Origin: Felis catus
Taxonomy: Eukaryota
DNA length: 64,000 bases
Assembly (NCBI RefSeq): GCF_018350175.1
Contig: NC_058382.1
Location: forward strand, 49,168,001-49,232,000
Direction of reading: 5' to 3'
Shown: in pieces, positions 13,131 to 24,872 of the stretch
Position numbering within the stretch: the stretch's first letter is position 1
How the letters are laid out: the number at the start of each line of letters is the position of its first letter
The notes under the pieces: generated by a model
The model's database searches: none
Told to the model about the DNA's origin: nothing
What the model saw: the letters and a program-made list of their open reading frames with translations, nothing else
Translations under genes and position numbers: made by a program

Positions 13131-13454
13131 GGCATACAGGGAGTGCTGTCCTTCTCCTTGGCCTACACTAGTAACCCATACTTCCAAGAGCCCCATCTTC
13201 CTCTTACTTTATCACGGTTATTGGCATTTCTGAGCTCTTGGTGAACAAATCTACAGGATGAAGCCAACACTTTGGCCAGACACTAAAGATACCTTTGCAG
13301 TACCTCAGAGGACCTGCGTTAACAGACTAGGAAAGGTGATCTGGTGGGCCGGGGTCAGTGTTCACCCACTAGTGAGTCCTGGATTCTCCAAAAAGAGAGA
13401 GAAATAAATGAAGTCCAATAATGAACATGAATGCTGAGGTTCTGGATGGTTCAC

Positions 13455-13682
13455 CTGGCAGGAAGGAGGACTGAGGAGAAGGCTGTGACACCACCAGGCA
13501 GCTCAGAGTGTCACAGTATGTCATGATTCGGCAGTTTCCTGTCTGAGACACCGTGAAGGTCTTCTGGAAACGGTACTTGTGCTGGCCCTGGCTGGAGGGC
13601 AGGCAGCTCAGCAAACGTGCCTGGGAGCCCCGGGATGCTGTGAAATCTGATCCCGATGCTGCACAAGAAGTTTTTGCAAATC
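13455..13682 (-). CDS. RFWD3: RFWD3 exon 8 (DLQKLLVQHRDQISQHP / RGSQARLLSC...SSFLP) with an apparent 1-nt deletion
   Basis: ttcactttag acceptor, gtgaac donor; 228 nt where flanking phases require 229; the two halves are in different frames. Confidence 0.9.
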
Positions 13683-14177
13683 CTAAAGTGAAAAAGATTT
13701 TGTAAATGTGCAGCCTTTTCATTTGATATTCCCCTCATACACAATTCCTTGATTTAATATGGGATGTTTTCTCCATTATATGAAACCGCTGACATGAATC
13801 CTAGAGGACTGATGCGGTTTTCACAGTATTTCAACCAGCAACTGAACTAAGGAGAGCACAGATCATAAAACAGTAGTGTTCAAAGTCTTTAATGGTCATT
13901 TTGTCTAAACCCATCATTTTAGGGGCAGATTCAGGGAGGTAAAAATGACTTAGGGTTCAAATTATCAGCTAGCTGATTAATTTCTTAAAAGTTCAAATTG
14001 CAGAATTCACCCTCGAGTGTGCACGCTGCCCTAATCAAGAATGAAACACTTGTTCTTGTTTATTTCCTGAAAAGCTTGATAGATCCTTCTTTGTATCTGA
14101 GAGGAACGGAAATCCAATTTAGATTCCTCTTCCGTTTTTATCCCGAAAGCTCTCTGGATGAGAAAGGGTAAACCTAC

Positions 14178-14292
14178 CTGGACACGACTATGAAGCTTAG
14201 CGCACTCATCAGTGAGGACTTGAAGTTGGAGCCGGCACTGTGCCGATTCTAACTCGGCCTGCTTCCTTAGCATCTGCTCCTTTAGTAAGGAA
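14178..14292 (-). CDS. RFWD3: RFWD3 exon 7, coiled coil (SLLKEQMLRKQAELESAQCRLQLQVLTDECAKLHSRVQ)
   Basis: AG/GTAGGT flanks, 115 nt, phase 2 to 0. Confidence 0.95.
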
Positions 14293-14699
14293 CTAGAAGG
14301 GGAAGCCAACAACAGGGGGAGATTAGGAAGGCGGCAAAAGACCTCCCATCAAGATGTCAGATTAAGTTCATGCTCTGATATACACACTTTGCTGTAAATA
14401 TGTCGCGATGGTGAATATGAATGTAACAAAAGAGAAAGCTCTCACATCCAGAAACACTACAGAAAAGTAGCATGCAGGGCTGAACTCGTGAATCACTGAG
14501 GTTCAGTGTTAAGGAAGGCAGTGAGGACCAGGAGTTTGGCTCTTACCATGGAATGAGACTAAAAATGCAAAAATGCCAAATGAGGGAACAGAGCCAAGCT
14601 TATCGCTTGAGTTAGGGCCAAAAGAGTAAAATGGCATGTTAAAAGACCACAAAGTTATCTGCTGGATTAAAAGAAAATAATAAGCTGCCAGCTGTTCAT

Positions 14700-17160
14700 C
14701 AGATACTGACATTAAGTAATACTACAAAAATGAGGCTGAAGTTAAAAAGACAGAAAGTATATACCTGGAAAATACTAAGATCATTTAGAATTCAACAGCA
14801 TGAATAGGTATAAAGAGGAATTATACATAAGGAAAAAAATACACTCACCAAGAACAAAAATAAATTTGTATGTACCTAAAGACACTTTCAAAATATGAAA
14901 TGCAAAAAAAAAAAAAATATTTCCACTCCAACAAGATAGGATAGAAAAAAGATGAAAGCTGGAAAGGAAGGGATAAAGCTGCCCAACTTATCTTCACGGA
15001 AAATTCAAGAGAAGTCACAAATTATTAGAGCTCAGCAAGGCGCTGGAATTAAGATCAAGAAAATTAGATTGGGGCACCTGGCTGGCTCAGTAGGAGTAGC
15101 ATGTGTCTCTTAATGCCGGGGTCGTGAGTTCGGGCCCCATGTTGGGTATAGAGATTACTAAAAAAATAGACTTAAGAAAAAAAAGAAATTTAGATCAAGT
15201 ATTTCCCATATGCCAGGTAACTGATTAGTAAATGTAATACAAAAAGTTCATTCACAACAGCAAGTCTAACAATAACAACCTAGGAATACAGTGAAAGGGC
15301 ATGCCAAGACCTTGATGAAGCAAAGCACACTAGTAGAAGGCACAAGAAAACAGCGAATAAGCGGAAAGATATTATAGAATGCTCATGGCTGGAAAGACTC
15401 AAAATCATGAAGGTGGAACTTCTCAAAAATTTAATGCAATTTCAATCAAGATTTCAAAAGTTTCCTTTGAAATCTTGATTGAAATTACATTAAATGGAAC
15501 TCAGCCAACTAATTTTAAAATTAATACGGAAGAGCAAAGTGCCAAGAATAGCAAAGTCAATTTGAAGAACAAGGTGGGGGGACGTATTTTAAAGCTACAA
15601 CCTGGGAATACTGGGGTGAGAATTAACAAAGAGACCACAGAACCTAAGAGTAGTCCGTTCATATACAGAAACTTAATCTAGCGTAGAGGTAGCAATGAAA
15701 ACTCACACAGGAAGAACATATTACTTATTACACTACAACAACTGGCTATCTGTAAAACGAGATTTAAGAAATATTCAAAACCTATGTAAAAAGCAAAAAA
15801 TTTAAAGACCTTTAGATGATGTTATGTCTTTAAGACTTTGAAGTACTAGAGACAAAAAAACCCACAAAACAAGTGATAAAGGACTGTGTTAAAATTAAAA
15901 ACTCATGTTCAACCAAAGATACCATAAACAAATTAAAGAGACAAGCCCAGACTGGAGGACTATATCTGCAATATACACAAGCAACAAAGCATCAGTACAG
16001 CTGACCCTGAACAACATGGGTTTGAGCCTCGCCAGTCCATTTACTGTGGATTTTTTTCAATAAATACATTGGAAAACTTTTTGGAAATTTGGAACAATTT
16101 GAAAAAACTCACAGATAAACTGCGTAGCCCAGAAATATAGAAAAAATTAAAAGTTAGATATTATTGTAAGGATATAGTGTAGAATACATATAACATATAA
16201 AATATATGTTAACCCACTGTTTATGTTACCAGGGAGGTTTCTAGTCAACAGTAGGCTATTAATAAGTAGTTCACCTTCGGGGGAGTTGAAAGTTATATGT
16301 GGATTTTCTACTGTGGGATGGGCTGGCACCTCTAACTCCTGGGTCAACTGTATAAGGAAAACACAAAAAACTACACAGATCAATAAGAAACAAGCAATGT
16401 ATTTTGCTCAGTATCAATGAACAAATGATATAAGCAAAACTGACAGAAGAGTACGTCCAACTTCATTAATAACTTAGGAAATGCAGATTAAGTAAATACT
16501 ATTTCACTTCATGAGACCATCAAAATTAAGTCTGATAATACAAAGCAGACAAAGTATGAAAAAATAAGAGATCTGGCTTCTGCTGGCGGGAATATATATA
16601 TTGGGAAGAGCTTCTTGGAGGAACAATTTGACAGTATCTAGTAAAGCTGAAATTATATGTGACCTATGATAAAGTAATTCCATTTCTAGACCTAAGGAGA
16701 CTATTGCCCATCTCTCTGCACCGTGGCTTATGTTAACAAAAACTGGAAACCACCTTAACTGTCCACAACTACAAAATATGGATAGGAAAATTCTAAATTA
16801 GAGAACTAGAAGACTATACAGAAGTTAAAATGAATAAGCTAGAGCTACACGAAGTTGGGTATGTGCCCCAATCATAATACTAAACCAAAAAAACAAGTTA
16901 CAGAGGAAAATCATAATCCAATAACATTTGTATAAAGTGTAAAAACTTCCTAAATCATACTATAATATGATTTATAACTCCTCTGAGGAAAGTGATGGAA
17001 TTAAGGACATGTAGTTCACAAGAAAGCTTTTGCTCTATCTGTAATGATTTATTTATTTACTTAAGGCCTTAAACAAATATGGCAAGTTGTTAAGATCTGA
17101 TAAAGTCAAGTACAAGGGTGCTCATTGAAGTCTCTATTTATTGGCATTTTCAAAATGTTC
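14700..17160 (+). mobile_element. Ancient degraded L1M fragment (ORF2 end/3'UTR) with nested insertions
   Basis: A-rich strand with motifs such as aaatttaatgcaatttcaatcaag, caaagataccataaac and ggaaatgcagattaa. Confidence 0.6.
15998..16350. mobile_element. Tigger2/MER8-type TcMar DNA transposon remnant
   Basis: TA|CAGCTGACCC ... GGGTCAACTG|TA terminal inverted repeats with TA target duplication. Confidence 0.85.
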
Positions 17161-17211
17161 ACATTTTCTAAAGAGGATAGGGGGCATACTGATTATGTGT
17201 AATCAGCAAGG

Positions 17212-20068
17212 TTTATTTTTAATTTTACTTCCAGTGTAGCTAACATACAGTGTTCTATTAATTTCAGGTGTGCAATATAGTGTTTCAACAATTCTATATA
17301 TTACTCAGTGCTCCTCAAGGTAAGTGTACTCTTGGGGTGCTTGGGTGGCTCGGTAGGTTGAGTGTCCACCTCTTGATGTCGACTCAGGTCATGATCCCAG
17401 GGTCGTGGGATCAAGTCCCGTGTCTGGCTCTGTGCTGAGCATGGAGCCTGCTTGGGATTTTCTCTCTCCCTTTGCCCCTCTTCCTAGATTGCGCACTTGC
17501 TCTCTTTCAAAAATAAATAAATAATAACAACAACAGTAAGTGTACTCTTAATCTCCATCACCTATTTCACCCATCACCTGCCTCCCCCCCCCCGCCCCGC
17601 CCCATCTCCCCTCTGGTAACCATGTGTTTGTTTTCTATAGTTAAGAGTCTGTTTTTTGGTTTGTCTTCCCCCACCCCCGCCTTTGTCTACTTGTTTCTCA
17701 AATTGCACATGAGTGAAATCATATGGTATTTGTCTTTCTCTGACTGCCTTACTTCACTTAGAATAATACTCTTTAGCTCCATCCATGTTGTTGTAAATGA
17801 CAAGATTTGGTATATATATACTACCTCTTCTTTATACGTTCATCTATTGATGGACACTTGGGCTGCTTCCACAGTTTGGCTATTGTACATAATGCTGCTC
17901 GAAACATAGGGGAGCATATATCCCTATGAATTAGTGTTTTTGTAAACTATGGGTAAATACTCACTAACGTGATGACTGGATTGTAGGATAGTTCTATTTT
18001 TAATTTTTTGAGGCAACTTCCATACTGTCTTCCACAGTGGCTGCACCAGTTTGCATTCCCATCAACAGTGCACGATGGTTCCCTTTTCTCCATATCCTCG
18101 CCAACACCTACTGTTTCTTGTGGTTTTGATTTTAGCCAACAGGTGTGATAGGATATCTCATTACAGTTTTGATTTGCATTTCCCTGATGAGTGACGTCCA
18201 CCATTTTTCATGTGTCTGTTGGTCATGTGTCTGTCTTCTTTGGAGAAATGTCTGGTCATGTCTTCTGCCCATTTTTAAATTGGATTCTTTGGGGTGTGTG
18301 TGTGTGTGTGTATTGATTTGTATAAATTCTTTATATATTTTGGATACTAACCCTTTATCAGATATGTGATTTGTGAATATCTTCTCCCATTCCATAGGCT
18401 GCCTTTTAGTTTTATTGGTTGTTTCCTTTGCTATGCAGAAGCTTCTTATTTTGATGTGGTTCCAATAGCTTATTTTTGCTTTTGTTTACCTTGTCTCAGG
18501 AGACCTATCTAGAAAAATATTGCTACGGCTGATGGCAGAGTAATTAGTGCCTGTGTTCTCTTCTAGGATTTTTATGGTTTTAGCTCTCAAATTTAGGTCC
18601 TCCATCCATTTTGAGTTTATTCTTGTGTATGGTGTGAGAAAGTGGTACAGTTTAATTCTTCTGCATGTAGCTGCCCAGTTTTCCCAATACTATTTGTTGA
18701 AGAAACTGTCTTTTTCTCATTGCGTATTCTTTCCTGCTTTCTCAAAGATTAATGGCCATATAATTGTGGGTTGATTTCTGGGCTTTCCAGTGTTCCATTG
18801 ATCCACGTGTCTATTTTTGTGCCAGTACCATACAGTTTTGACTACTACATCTTTGTAATATAACTTGAAGTCTGAACTGTGATGCTTTCAGGTTTATTTT
18901 TCTTTTCCCAAATTGCTTTGGCTATTCGGGGTCTTTTATCATTCCATACAAATTTTAGGAATGCTTGTTCTAGTTCTGTGAAAAATGCTGTTGGTATTTT
19001 GACAGGGATCACATTAAATGAGTACACTGCTTTGGGCCATATAGACATTTTAACAATATCTGTTCTTCCAGTCCACGAGCATGGAATGTCTTCCGTTTCT
19101 TTGTGTCATCTTGAATTTCTTTCATCAATGTTTTATAGTTTTCAGAGTACAGGTCTTTCACCTCTTAAGTTTATTCCTAGGTTTTGGGGTTTTTTGGTGC
19201 AATTTTAAGTGGGACTGTTAATTTCTCCTTCTACTGCTTCGTCATTAGTATACAGAAATGCAACAGATTTCTGTACACTGATATTTCATCCTGCCAATTG
19301 ACTGAATTCATTTATCAGTTCTACCAGTTTTTGGTGGCCTTTGGGTTCTCTACATATAGTATCATGTCATCAGCAAACAGTGAAAGTTTTACTTCTTCCT
19401 TACCAATTTCGATGCCTTTTATTTTTATATTTTATTTCTCCTGTCTGATTGCTGTGGTGAGAGTGGACATCCCTGTCTTGTTCCTGACCTCAGGGAAAAA
19501 CCTCTCAGTTTTTAAGGATGATGGGTTTTCCATATATCACTTTTATTGTGTTGAGGTAGGTTCCCTCTAAATCTACTTTGTTGAGGGTTTTTTATCATGA
19601 ATCGATGTTGTACTTTGTCAAATGCTTTTTCTGCATCTACTGAAATGACTATGCTTTTTATCCTTTCTCTGAGATAATATATCACACTGGTTAATTTGTA
19701 AATAACAGATCACCCTTGTATCTCAGGAATAAATCCCACTTGATCATGGTTAAAATTTTTTTAAGTGTATTATTGGATTTGGTTTGCTAATACTCTGTTG
19801 AGGATTTCTGTATCTATGTTCATCAGAGATATTAGTCTATAGTTCTCTCTCTCTCTCTCTCTTTTAGTTCTCTTTTTTTGTGTGGTGTCTTTATCTGGTT
19901 TTGGTATCAGGGAGGCACTTGCCTCATAGAATGAATTTGGAAGTTTTCCTTCCTCTTCTATTTTTTGGAAAAGTTAGAAGAATGGTTATTAACTCCTCTT
20001 TAAACTTTGGTAGACTTCACCTGTAAAGCCAACTGGTCCTGGATGTTGGTTTGTTGGGAGTTTTCTGA
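17212..20068 (-). mobile_element. 5'-truncated L1 (~2.85 kb; ORF2 3' half plus 3'UTR) with an internal SINE
   Basis: ORF2-like peptides ([41 protein letters not shown]); flanking duplication gtaatcagcaa(a)ggttt at 17199 and 20069. Confidence 0.9.
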
Positions 20069-22802
20069 GTAATCAGCAAAGGTTTTTTTTTATGTTGTTT
20101 TTTTTTTTAATTTATTTTTGAGACAGAGAGAGACAGAGCATGAGCAGGGGAGGGGCAGAGACAGAGGGAGACACAGAATCCGAAGCAGGCTCCAGGCTCT
20201 GAGCTGTCAGCACAGATCCTATGCGGGGCTCAAACTCACAGACAGTGAGATCATGACCTGAGCTGAAGTCGGATGCTCAACCGACTGAGCCACCCACGCG
20301 CCCCGCAAAGTTTTAAATACAATCATATATTAACTGCGACACCTACAAAGTAAGCTTTTTAAACAAAATTGCCCTCTCCACACAGCTACCATGTAAAAAT
20401 GCTAAGTATTTGTTGGACCAAATATGAAAAAATAAGGAAGAAAATGAAAATCACCTGTAATTCCACTAGTCAGCGACTACCTGTATTTTTTTTTCACTTT
20501 GCAAAAATATAATCACCATAATGTACTTTCACATGACAAAATATTATGTGCACTTTAACATCAGTTTAAACAAATGTGTAGAATTCTATCACATGAATAT
20601 GCCAGAGTTTACTCAATCAGTTAATTCTCTCAGTTTGGATTATTAACAATGCTTACATTTTTTTTTTTAAGTTTCTTTTTGAGGGGGAAAGAGAGAGAGA
20701 CAGAGCACATGAGTGGGGGAGGGGCAGAGAGAGAGACACACAGAATTTGAAGCAGGCTCCAGGCTCTGAGCTGTCAGCACAGAGCCCAAAATGGGGCTCA
20801 AATCCAGGGATAAGATCATGACCTGAGCCGAAGTCGGATGCTTAACAAACCAAGCCACCCAGGCCCCCTGGATTATTAACAATGTTTAAATGAAAAGTCT
20901 CATTAAATAAATCTTTGCACGCATTTCTTCACAAATTGTTTCTTTAGAATAAATGCCTGCAGATTTACTTTTGAAGGCTTTTAAAGCATAGTGCCAAAGG
21001 CCTCTAAAGAGTTGTGTTGGTGTACATTCTTACCAGCAGTGTTGTGAGAAAACCCAAGTCCCTACACTCTTTCAGTGGGGGGATATATATATTTTTAATG
21101 TTCTTAAAGTTTATTTTAAGTAGTGTTATTACCAATTGTTCTTGGGCTTCCAAAATGCTGATAATTTCTTGCACAGCACTACATGTGCAAAGCTTCACTT
21201 AGGAATCTTCCATGGAGAGTGCTGCTGTAGGAGGGCTTAGCGACACGAACAAACAAACGGGGGAACAAATGGCAACACTTAAGCCGTGTGCCAGATGCTC
21301 TTTTCTGTTATTGCTTTGTTTAAAGTATCATTACGCCTATTCTAGGGAAGAGGAGATTAAGACTTGGAGAATGTTCCAAGTGGTCTTGAACTATATACAA
21401 AAAGTAAGATGAGGAATTCCTGACTAAGGTATTTAGCAGCAGAGGCAGGCAGTAAATGTAATCCTTAGGGAAGAATCTGAATACGCTACAAAAATTCCAG
21501 GGACTCACTCTGCTGGGGTCTGCCGCCCACACCAGGTGTGAGGTATTACTGGAGGGCTATAGGTTTCTCTATGACTTTTGATTTGGAGAGGGATTAAGAC
21601 ACCATGGTCTTCTTCCCTGGGTCACGCTACTACAGCCTTAAGTGTCAGAGCTGATTCCAAGTTGGTGGGGATAGCTAAGTGCTCCTGCAGAAGGAAAAGT
21701 CACTCCATTCCTTCTGAATTTACCTGTTCTAATCTGCACATGGCACTCAGGCCCTGAAAGCAGAAACTTACAAGAGGTACAGGGCACAGAAGAAATGAGC
21801 GGCAGGGTCTACCACCTGTCATCCTTCTTTCACCTTTCCCTCCCCCCCCCCCCCTTATTTTAGACCAAGAGAGCGAGCGGGGGAGAGGGGCAGAGGGAAA
21901 AACAGAGCGAATCTTAAGTAGGCTCCATGTTCAGTGTGGAGCCCAATGCAGGGCTCGATCCCACGACCCAGGGATCATGACCTGAGCTGAAATCAAGACT
22001 GGGCTCAATTGAGCCACCCAGGTGCCCCTTCCCCCCGTTTTGAGGAAGGAGATTTTCATGATCCAGGTGTCAGTCTTCCCAGAATGAAAATATTATGTGA
22101 TGAAACACTGGTTAATATTCCTTAGATTACAGGACAGAAACTTGACTTTAGCTGGCCAACTAAAATTGAAAACTAACGTTATCACTGAGAAATCCACTGG
22201 AAACTAATTTAGGCATGGCTGAACTGAGGGTCAGGAATCCGTCTTCCTCCACTGCTTAGCTCTGCTTTCTTGTGCACTGACTTCATTTTTAGATAAGCTC
22301 TCCCTACCCTATAGTTGAGAAGGTTCATTCAGTGAACCTCGGGCCTACACTCACTGAGCTAGCTGAAGTTGGAATTAGTTGTTGCTCTGAAACCGCATTT
22401 AAAAAAAACGTTCATTTATTTTCAAAAGAGGGTGAGAGAGAGAGTGCAAATGGGGGAAGGCAGAGAGACAGAGAGGGGGAGACAGAATCCAACGCAGGCT
22501 CCAGGTTCTGAACTGTCAGCACAGAGCCTGACGCGGGGCTCAAACCCACAAACCGCGAGATCATGACCTGAGCCGAAGTCGGACGCTTAGCTGACTGAGC
22601 CACCCAGGCGCCCCTCCAAAACATCAAGAACACACCATGTAGACCTCCCTCAGAAGACATCAGACGTGTACTTATAAATCACAATGGGAGACCGATTGCC
22701 AGTGATCCCCAGTACGGTCCAAGTAAAGCCCGAGAACCACATTAAGTGTGACTCATACCTCCTTTTTCAGATTTGCCAGGTAGTCAGATTCTTGTCACCT
22801 AC

Positions 22803-22894
22803 CTTTTCATTTGCTCATGTTCACTAGTGTCCAGAGCTCTCAGGGTTCGGGCATAAAGAACCACGATGTCACTGTGCTTGGCTTTCTTGTTGCA
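22803..22894 (-). CDS. RFWD3: RFWD3 exon 6 ([30 protein letters not shown])
   Basis: ctttag/gtaggt flanks, 92 nt; supplies the last RING cysteine. Confidence 0.93.
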
Positions 22895-22990
22895 CTAAAG
22901 AGCCCAACAAGACAAAGTTAGTGTGGTTCTAGGAACCCTGACCTAACATGCTGACTGTGCACATGCACAGTCCTTATGTAGGGTTCTTAC

Positions 22991-23182
22991 CTGAGGACAT
23001 TTTCGTGTCTGTCCCTTGAGCCACTTAGAAATGCACTTATACCCAAAGAGGTGCCCACAGCGTAACGCTGAGAGTCGGTGATCCCCAGCATTGGTCCAAA
23101 GTTCCAAACATATTGTGCAAGTGTCCCCTTCTTCATCATCCATAGGAACAGAAGATGGAAGAGGACTGGTCTTCTGGGGAGA
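22991..23182 (-). CDS. RFWD3: RFWD3 exon 5, RING finger ([43 protein letters not shown])
   Basis: AG/GTAAGA flanks, 192 nt, phase 0; RFWD3-type RING with Gly in place of one canonical ligand. Confidence 0.97.
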
Positions 23183-24166
23183 CTGGACGGAAACCAGAAT
23201 ACATTCAAATTAGAGAGAATGCATATCGGTCTTGAAGAGGATGTGCGACTGTCACATCAACAAAACCACACAAAAACAATACAAACCCAACTGAAAACAC
23301 TGTAGCAAAACCGTAACAGTTCGGAATCACTTGCCATTCTTTGTTAAGACGCAAGCTGCCCAAATGTTTCATAACAAGCCAGGAAAATACTACCATCCTT
23401 TCATCTTAGGAAATTCTTGGATATTTTTTTCATGCAAATGAAGAAAAGGAGCTATGTTTACAAAGATACAAAACAGAACAAAACAGACCTGGCAGTTACC
23501 CAGATAATCAACAACAGGGAATAACAGGTTTGTTATACGTTCAAAATTAGATTCCTAATCAACTCAAGCAGTTATACTTGGCTCATGTAAATCAAAATTA
23601 AAAACAAAAACAGAAAAACAAAGGATATAAACAGCTTACCAAAAACTACAAATGGTTTGTTAAGTGTTTATTTATAACTGAAAAATGCAAATTAAAGTAA
23701 GAGATCATTTTTTCATTTATTAGATGGTATAAGCTGATGTCTGATGACACCAAGCAATGTTGAGGGTTAATGAAGAAATGGGCATGTTTATATATTGTTG
23801 CTGCAGGTAGAAAGTGACACAAATTGTCCATGGCATTATCTATAAAGACTAAAATACGTGTATCTTTCCTTTTTTAAAAAATGTCTATTTATTTTGAGAG
23901 AGACAGAGAGGAGAGAGCATGTGCATGTGAGCGGGGGATGGGCAGACAGAGACTCCCAAGCAGCTGTCAGCGTAGAGCCTGATGTGGGCTCAATCCCACA
24001 GGCCATGAGATCATGACCTGAGCCAAAATCAAGAGTTGGATGCTTAACCGACTGAGCTCCCATGTATCTTTCCTTTGACAGAGCAATCTCTCTGCTAAAA
24101 TATACCTAGCATATATTCGTCACAAATACTTGCAAGACAACTGTACAAAGCACGCACTTGTACCAG

Positions 24167-24226
24167 GGAAGGAAGGAAGGAAGGAAGGAAGGAAGGAAGG
24201 AAGGAAGGAAGGAAGGAAGGAAGGAA
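24167..24226. repeat. (GGAA)n microsatellite
   Basis: directly visible tandem run. Confidence 0.95.
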
Positions 24227-24801
24227 GGGGAGAGCAAGAGAAAGAAGAAACAACTATAGTGTATGTGACAAAAGAGTTGACCAAAAATTTATTTATAGAT
24301 GGGACACTATGCAGTGATTCATGAGAGTCAACTTTATGTACTGATAAAAGGTATAATCAAAACTTAACCTTGTTAGGTAGGTAGGACAAGTTATCCTCAC
24401 ATCTACCCCTACTTTTTATTTTTTAATGTTTATTTATTTTTGAGAGAGAAACAGAGAGACAGAGCACGAGTGGAGGAGGGGCAGAGAGAGAGGGAGACAT
24501 AAATCCAAAGCAGTCTCCAGGCTCTGAGCTGTCAGCGCAGAGCCTGACATAGGACTGGAAACCATGAGCTGTGAGATCATGACCTCAGATCATGACGTCC
24601 AAGTAGGACGTCTAACGCCTGAGCCACCCAGGTGCCCCTACCCCTGCTTTTTTAAACCTATGAGGAAGCAGCCACATAAATAAGTGGACTGGATCCACAC
24701 GCTGACCTCCCACCTACAAAGTCTGCAAACTTTCCACTTTAGCCTGCAGCCTCTTCTTTAAATGCAAATCACCACTTCATTTAAAAGGATGCTCATATTA
24801 C

Positions 24802-24872
24802 CTGTTTGGGAAGGGTCTCTCCTTCACGGATACTTGTAACTTCTTGTTCTGCTGAGGTTCCTCCTACTTGGT
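24802..24872 (-). CDS. RFWD3: RFWD3 exon 4 (DQVGGTSAEQEVTSIREGETLPKQ)
   Basis: ggcag/gtaata flanks, 71 nt, bridges phase 1 to 0 exactly; not in the ORF track. Confidence 0.85.
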
